A DNA stretch of 64,000 nucleotides, filler included, from Streblomastix strix (lineage: Eukaryota): assembly GCA_008636045.1 (NCBI GenBank). It is 4 parts of 4 records of this genome, joined end to end, with 100 filler letters (N's around TTAATTAATTAA, not from the genome) between each part and the next. Parts side by side here need not be neighbours in the genome. Positions count along the whole stretch, not along the records: positions 48,369 to 64,000 come from SNRW01000955.1; 3 more parts are not named here. The stretch is one strand, 5' to 3'. Positions 51,435 to 64,000 of this stretch are shown piece after piece. The translations under genes and the position numbers were made by a program. The notes under the pieces were generated by a model. That model had not been told where the DNA came from and did no database searches. It worked only from the letters and a program-made list of their open reading frames with translations. Each line of letters begins with the position of its first letter. The stretch's first letter is position 1.

Positions 51435-52535
51435 TCACTCAAAGGCTGTTTCCGGAATACTGTACTTTTCTTATAAAAATTCTGGTAATTCTGCAGAAAA
51501 ATCACCCTGGAGTTACAACTCGTCTGCTGTGTTAGCACTATTCCGATTAACGCTACATGCACTGCTGAATTTTTTTGATAAGATCTTTGTTACTTCAGAA
51601 AGTTTAACTCCAAATAAGTCCAGGCCAGAAATTGTTGTTGTATGTTTTCTTCCTTATCTTCTTTGAACAGTAATTTTTATTTTTTAAGGAGGAGGTTACT
51701 AATTATGTTATATAATATTGCATGAAATATAATTATTTAATATAATTAATTTAAAATATTAATTATAATAAAATTAATTAACGTTTTATCACCAAATAAT
51801 AAATAGTACACAAACTTTTTATTTTTTTTCTTTCTTTTTCTTACCAGCTTCTCCACCTTCAGCTTCAGGTGCATCAACTGTTTATCCATCATCTCCTTTA
51901 ATATCTTTTTATTCTTCTTTTTATTCTTCTTTCTATTCTTATTTCTATTCCTATTTCTCTTCATCTTCTTCCTCATTCTTATCGTCTTCTTCTTAACCCG
52001 CACGTTTCCCCTTCTTGTTTCTCTTCTGTTTACCCTTCTTCTGTGTCTCTACTCCTTCAGATGCTGATTATTGTTTATTTTGCTTCTCAAATATCTCTGG
52101 ATACAATTCTGGGTGATGAACACCCAGCCATTCTTTGCATTTATCAAATGTTGGAGAAAACTCGCAATATTCAGGAGGAAATCCACATACAGGGCAATAT
52201 TCTATTTCCTCAAATACTTTTTCTTCAGCATCTTCTTCATTACCTTCTTCTTTATCAGCTTCTCCTTCTTCTGGCTCAACAACTTATGCTTTTCCTTTCT
52301 TTTTCTTTTTTTATTGTTTTTTGCTTTTCTTTCCCTTCTCCTCATCCGAATCATCTCCTGCTGCCATTAAAGCAGCCAATTTCTTCATTTATTCTCTCTA
52401 TGCTACAGTATCTTCATCTTCTTCATCAACAACAGGCCCGCCTTTCTTCTTTTTCTTTCGTCTAGCACGTTTATTCTCGTTTTCATCAAATACCTCTCCG
52501 AAATTATTTGTTTCCTCTTACTCAAATTCGGCCAT
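51435..52535 (-). CDS. DENR: Density-regulated protein / Tma22 (SUI1-domain translation re-initiation factor), one intron
   Basis: YCPVCGFPPEYCEF..CKEWLGVHHPELY zinc motif plus SUI1 domain RRQGRKHTTTISGLDLFGVKL..KKFSSACSV..LQGD. Confidence 0.92.
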
Positions 52536-53473
52536 TGGTTATTCTTAAATAATATATGTAAGATAAATATAGTAATAGTACATTAAGTAAGTTCGTTCTG
52601 GAATTAAAAGTGTTTTTGAGAAGAAAATTTTTCTATCGTTTTATTATTAGTATGATTAAAAAATTTATTGATTTCATACAAAAAAATGGCAAGTTTTATT
52701 AATTTAGTTTTAAAAAATTGGTTGTTTCTTTAGAAAAATTGTTCGGTTGTAGCTAAAAACGGAAAAAATTGTTAGAGCTCATGTTCGAAAATAACCAATA
52801 GCTAACACATAAAATTTTACTAGTCAGACGTCAAAATATTAAAATGGCACGTTGAGAGCTAAAACTACTTATCGGGTAGTGTCAAAATCGTGAGTCACAT
52901 AATCACACTTTATTTACATTATATAACAGTTTATTTTACATGATTAATATGATTGCTGATTAATTTTCGATCTGATATTAGATAAATTTATCTGTGCATC
53001 TAGTATTTGAACATTTATCATTCCTAGTCAGTTATCGAGATATGCAAAGAACAAATATTATACTTTGCATTTTAATATTATATATTTATATATATAAGAG
53101 CTTATTTAATTAATAATTCCCTATTATATTTAATTATTGCTCCAAAACTCGATATTTAATTTCATGCTATATTTCTCATTTTTCATAGTTCTGAGACTTT
53201 ATTGATATATTTAATTATCTATTTTAATTTTATAATTAATTTTATATGTGTTTTATCTAAGTGGCAACTAATATTATAGAAATCAAAACCACATTTTTAT
53301 GTGTTTTTTTTATTCTTTTTTTATTTCATATTGTAATAATTTATGAATTCATTGATTAAATTTTCAATTTATTCGCAACTTAATCATTTATATTTTGATA
53401 ATAAACATTTTGTTATTGTTTTATTATTCATTGGTCTTTTTCAGTTATAATCACAACAAGAAATAATATAAAG

Positions 53474-54805
53474 ATGGAGATAGACATTGATGCTGAATAA
53501 ACAATGGACTCAGAAGTTTGCATTTAATTTTCTATTTAATAATATATATTATATACTCTTTATTATTCTATTATTTAATATAACACTATAATTGTTACAT
53601 AGTTCAATGCCATTCAAGCAGATAGGAAAGCATCAGAAGCCATTCAATCCAATGAGAAATACTTCTCAACATATCTCACAATACTCACATCCAAGAAGTA
53701 AGACATTGGAATTAATGTATTGAAGATATCTAAATAAGCCCAGAAGGAGAATGAGCATAAATAACATCCTATATAAACATCTACAACTGCATCTAGTATT
53801 GATCTTGAAGAAGGAGAACTCGAAGTTTAAAGAACAAGTTCTCTTCCAAGTGAACTACCAATAATTATTGTCCCACCTGGCGTATCATTAGTTACAATAC
53901 ACAATGCTGAACACTTCTTATAGAATGAATAGTTTTTTAGACCTGATGAAATACGTCGCAAATCAGTTAATTCTGGAGATTCAGCTAAATAACCATCTAA
54001 GAAAATAATCCACAGAAGATTACAAGATGGGAAAGTGCATCATTTTATTATAGTTGGACAACCAAGCAAAGATCTTCAAGAGGGGTCCCCTAAAGATAGT
54101 GGCAATATATATGGTCTCTATTGGGATAATGTAGTTGGTATTCTGGTAGCAGGAGCAACATGGCAGTTCAAAGATTGGCCACAAAGAGATGATTTGAGTA
54201 GTTTGTTAGTTGGAGCAAGAGCATTTCATATAAGAGGAGAAGATGATCCTGAGACTCTGAATCAGATCAGATCCAAACATCTGATGTTGAAGAAGAATAG
54301 GAACATACCCATATAATCATCTTCATCATAAGATCCATCATCTATACCTATATATGATTAAATATCAATACATACTGTAGTCAGTACTATTTGGGATGAT
54401 ATATACAATATGATGAAGGTGAAAAGGAGTTAGATGTTGGAGATCTCATAATATCCTCCTTCTTTTTCAATATCCAATCAATAAAAGATGCAATAAACTC
54501 CATCTAATCAATAACTTAATTCTTCATCTTCATCACTATCAAATTAATAATATTCATCAAATATGAAACCTAATCCTGCTCCAATGAAGATAGCTCCAGA
54601 AACATAGAATCTTTTCAAATAATAATAATAATAAATTAACTACCCATTTCCTTCTTCTTCGTCAGCTTCAATTGCTCCACCATACACTTCTAACTATTAA
54701 CAATTTAACCCTCAAATACCTTAGCAAAATTTCACTCAATTTGGTAACTATTCTCTCTCTGCTCAACCCACTTCATACAACCAATCAGGATACTAGAGAA
54801 GATGA
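53474..54805 (+). CDS. CDC73: Parafibromin/Cdc73 (PAF1 complex) C-terminal-domain protein, one intron
   Basis: PIIIVPPGVSLVTIHNAEHFL and WDNVVGILVAGATWQFKDWP match the Cdc73 C-terminal domain signatures. Confidence 0.85.
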
Positions 54806-55347
54806 TGACCATAATAATAAATAAGAGTAATATTATAAAGTTTATTTTGATGAAGGATACTTTTATTATATTGAGTTCATAAAGTAAAAAACTCGAAAAA
54901 TACATTAGTTGAGAATACTGATCTTGTTTTAGATTTCATTATAAGAATCAGTAATTATCTCAATGATTAAGCACAGAAAACAATTTTTCAATTTACCTGA
55001 GAAATCTGGAACTGTAACTAAATCAATTTCCTGACATCTACATAATTATTTGCTCAGTCGTATGATTTAATATTTACTTATACAAATTATTTCATTATCC
55101 ATCTCAATTTCAGCTCTAAAAGCTGCTTACAAAAAATTATCATTAGATCTTAATTTCTAGCAAGAAGTAGATTATTAAACTACTTAAAAATATATCCATC
55201 AAATATTAAATTGCTGTTAAAATAAACTCAAACTATTTTTCTTCGTAATTTTACTCTAATTATTCAATAAGTACTATTTTTTAGTATTTTTACTTTAATT
55301 ATTCAATATTTTATCATTTATTTTTCATTTTGCAAGATTATTTTTGC

Positions 55348-58255
55348 ATGACATAACCAAATATATAATAGTAGAAGTACACTCAATATATTGCTGATTT
55401 GAGAAGTAAAATCACCGCTTCTAATGTTGATGATAGAATTGAGGTCGCATATACAGGGTTTATTGAGCTTTCTGATATTTTGAAGTGGACTTTTGATTAG
55501 GATAAAGAAGTTGCGCGTGATATTTAATTGGGAGTATGTGAAATTACCACAATTATACTGGGAAATAATCCTGATGCTATAGAAATAGCTCTAGAGACAA
55601 GGATAGTAAAAGAATTGATGTAATTATTGGGTACTATTCTACCTTTAGAAGAAGTTACCTTCAGTAATCTTGATTCTGTTTTGTCATTAGCATAATTTGG
55701 AACAGTATAATAAAGGCATTAATTATTTGAACTTGGACTTCCACAGGCTATTATCCGCGATTTGAAGAGCTAAGATTCCAATGTTACAGAAAAGACAGCT
55801 GGAACAATATATAAAGTAGTAAGTGGACCCTGGTACTAATTTGGATTCAAATGTCTTCATCCTTAATATGAAGTATTATAAAGAGATGGAGTTATTGTAT
55901 CATTGTTGGAGGATGGACTTAGAAATGGAAGAAGTGAGAAGACCAGATAAATATCTTCTGAGACAATTGCACTGTTATTCTAAGCAAGATAAATTCCATT
56001 TGATATGAAAAAAGATCTTATTACTCAGTTGAAGAAGGGATTACAGAGTAAAGACAAAGGTGACATAAAGAAATCATCTAAGGGCCTTTTATCACTGGCT
56101 CAAAATAAAGGTATTTAAATAGTTACTCATTAAAAATAACTAATAATAATTAAGAAATTATTTATATATATTATTTAATGTCATTACAATTATATTAACT
56201 TTTATTAATAATAAGAAAATGTTGATGATATTCTTGCTGATGATTTCCTTACTGTGTTGAAGAATGTAATACAAAACACGCATTTAAGGAAGACACTTCG
56301 TGATAGTTAACTTAAAGAGGTAGTTATGAATCTTTGGCATCATTTCAAAGGAGACGAGATAATCTAAAATGAGTTTGGATAAGAAAAATAAGAATAAATC
56401 CAACAAGTTTATGGTTAGCTGCCTTCTAATACTGTTTATAGAACTGTGGTAAATTCGTCCTAATATTAAGGATTCCTGTAAAACGATTCTCAAGTTAATT
56501 CAACATTATCATAATCATCTTCAAACGCTGATCTTACTTCCATTTCTACTTTATTCTAAGGAGCTGGTCCTAATTTTAACACAAAATGGGTTATAACTGA
56601 CTGTTTGTATTACTTATTATTCATTTCAATTAATATAGTTTTTATTTATTATTCATTTCAATTAATATAGTTTTTATTTATTATTCATTTCAATTAATAT
56701 AGTTTTTATTTATTTATATTTATATTATGTCAGTTGAATTTATTGATAGACTTGGATAAGGTGGATTTGGAACAGTTTGCAAAGAGAAAGTGAAAGAATC
56801 ACAACGAATTGTAGCAATAAAAGAAATAAATTACTTCACCCCTCAAGAAAAAATTAGTGTTAATACGGAAATATCACTGATGTTAGAAGCATATAATATA
56901 GTAAGAAAAGCTTCATTGAAATCATCATCGCCTTATTTGCATATTGTTGAGCCGTTAGGATTCTTTGTTCATGCTTAAGGACTAAAAGCATACTTAGTCC
57001 TTGAATATTGCTCAGGGGGTGATTTGCGCAGATACATCAATAATATGAAGAAATCTGGAGTTGAGATCAGTGAGAAAGTTTGATGAATTTAGTTAATTTA
57101 TGATCAATAAACTTATTTGTTATTCTTTTTTTTATAATATTATAATATATTTCATTTAATATTTTGCCAATTTATATAAAGAAATTGTGGTAAATGATTG
57201 CACAGATAGTATTTTCTCTTAACCAGCTTCATGCGAATGGTATACTCCATGCAGATCTCAAACCTGAGAATGTTTTGCTGACAGAAGAATTCATTGTAAA
57301 GCTAGGTATGATATTTTGTATATTAATAAAAAATATCAAACATCTGTTTTAATCACATCTTTATTCATTTTATATTTGTATGATTAAGCTGACTTTGGTT
57401 TAGCTAGAAAGCTTTAAGTCGGTCGAGATTTCACAACTTAGATTGGGGGTACTTAGTGTGTATTTAATATTATTAATGATTATAAATTAAATTAATTGTT
57501 CTTCTATTTTCAACTTATTTTACTTGATAGTCTTTATCAATCTCCAGAATTGCTTGGTATACATTATAATAGTCAAATAGATGGAACAGAAGATATGAAA
57601 GAGAAAGAAAATGACCAGAAGGAGGAAACAGTGAACAAACCAAAGTTTGCTAATCCTCATTTTACATACATTTTCCTACTTATATTTAATCATTTAATTT
57701 TATTCTTACTTATATTTAATCATTTAATTCTTCAAATAATTACTTCAGAGTCATGCAAAATAAAGCGGCGGATGTTTGGGCAGTAGGTATTATGATCTTT
57801 GAACTTCTTGCATAGAGACATCCTTTTACTAAAAGTGAAGTATGTTTTTTATTAATTAATTGAATAAAGTTATAATTTCAATATATTATATTGTTTGTTT
57901 GTTACCTACTTTATTATTTATTTTCATTATTTATTTTTGTACTTAATCTAATAAGAATTAATCCATCATTGAATTCGCGCGTGCCATTGAGAAAGAAGAT
58001 CTCCCCGAAATCCCATCTCACTACCCGGAAAGCATGAAGATGCTCATTAGGAGGATGTTGGATAAAGTTTGATGACTAAATAAATAATGAATAAATATTA
58101 TATTATATTAGACTTGATATTAGAATTTATAAATATAATCGTAATTTCTATTTATTTATTTTCAATATTTAATTGAATAGAATCCAAAGAGTCGTATTAC
58201 AACAGCGCAGATTCTTGAAGTTCCAGAAGTTGTTGCAAATTTAGATTCAAAATGA
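55348..58255 (+). CDS. ARM-like repeats followed by a Ser/Thr kinase (NEK-like), multi-exon
   Basis: GQGGFGTV, VAIK, HADLKPENVLL, ADFG, YQSPE, DVWAVG. N-terminal ARM-like module with HPQY...GVI..LL. Confidence 0.88.
56614..56709. repeat. Intronic tandem repeat, 32 bp x 3
   Basis: TTATTATTCATTTCAATTAATATAGTTTTTAT repeated. Confidence 0.9.
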
Positions 58256-58773
58256 AGAATGTACATATGAAAGATGAAGGATGTAGTAGAAGAATATAAT
58301 CAAGCAGATTAACTCTAACTCTTAACTGTTCTTTATTCACATAGTTGATTTACAATTTAACTCGAAATGATAAAAATTAACTCCATTTTATACTTTTTTA
58401 TTAAATTAATTTTTTTCATCAATATGATATTTCTAATTCTTCTACATCATAAACAATAACTATATTTTTAGATTTTGTTATAATAATAATATAAAGAAAT
58501 AAAAAATATAAATCTGAAATGATTACATTAATTTCCTTTTTATTTCCTTTTTATTTATCAATTCAAGTTTCATTAACTAATTGAAACAGGAGAGTGAAAT
58601 CGTTTCATCACAAACAATTTAAAGGTAATGAGTTTAAAATTATAATAAATTGAAGAGTTTAATTTAAAAATCAGAGAAAGAAAGTTAAGATTGATATGAG
58701 GAATTGAGAATGTGAATAGAATATAATTAAAATAAAATTAATGCTATTTATATTTTTAGAATCTCTTTTATAA

Positions 58774-63223
<4,450 letters not shown>

Positions 63224-64000
63224 TTATGGCAGTTTTCTACAATAAAGTAAATAATAGTATTAAATAAGAAATTTGATTGTTTGTAATGTTTGAAAATTGT
63301 TTTGAAAAAAAATTAATATTTAATTCGTTCTTGACAAATAGTAATAAAAAAATTAAAATCTAAATATAAGAATAATAAATACGTATTATGTATAAATTTG
63401 TTATTATTTAATAAGAATAATAAATATATTAAATTATATTATATATTATGCAATAAAATTTAAACTATAATTCCCAATAAATTGTAAATTATAATTAACC
63501 CTGCAAAAAATCGAACAATAATGTATTAGCTAATTATTATGATCAAAATTTATTTATAAACTTGTATCTTTAAAAATAAATATAGATATTCAATATAAAT
63601 AGGCTTATCTACTTTTTGGGAAATAAATTTTATCCAAATTTCTTTTTACTGTATAATTTATTCTATGTTCATTAAAATTTATCAGTATTTAATAATGTAA
63701 AAATAATTTAAATGCATTTATACATTAAACCGTTCTATTTGAAATATTTTTACTTTAATTGGTGTTGTTCTTCTTTTTGGTAGCCAAATTTAGATTAAAG
63801 ATTATATTATTCACCTGCATTGAACTAAATTATCGATGTACCTAATATTTATTTAAGAAAAATATATATTTACTGTATGATAATGCCAGAAATGCAATTT
63901 AAGTATAAAATTATATATAGGTTGTTTCATAAGTTATAGTACATAATTGTTTTTTCATTATTATGAGTTGCTTTATCATTTAATAATTAATTTTTATATA

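Noticed and set aside
52043..52548. Plus-strand Phe/Leu/Ser-rich ORFs (also 25386-25838, 19384-19647 and similar)
   Set aside because: Antisense shadows of charged minus-strand genes.

Overview
AT-rich eukaryotic DNA made of four unrelated ~16 kb contigs joined by artificial 100-bp linkers (N44-TTAATTAATTAA-N44 at 16037-16136, 32157-32256 and 48269-48368). Genes only read through if TAA/TAG encode Gln and TGA is the sole stop (translation table 6), so the supplied standard-code ORF track is fragmented. This code, the many short AT-rich introns and the kinase/ARM/SPRY-like gene families fit a metamonad protist such as the oxymonad Streblomastix (inference). Contig 1 holds two degenerate DIRS-type retrotransposons, a three-gene remnant of a Polinton-like virus, a long-inverted-repeat element and an EFHC/RIB72-like DM10 gene. 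Contig 2 holds host genes: two SPRY-like proteins, a papain-fold surface pseudo-enzyme, two tandem membrane-protein paralogues and a split-PH protein. Contig 3 is the highlight: about 14 kb of an endogenous Polinton/Maverick-like virus written in the host code. It encodes a protein-primed PolB, an A32-like packaging ATPase, a putative major capsid protein, an intact 750-aa fibre with phage-type DHxHP repeats, and an intact 68-aa peptide whose N-terminus closely matches the membrane-lytic helix of adenovirus protein VI. Contig 4 holds an S41 peptidase, DENR, CDC73 and two kinase/ARM genes. All translations were done by hand, so exon boundaries and element ends are approximate.
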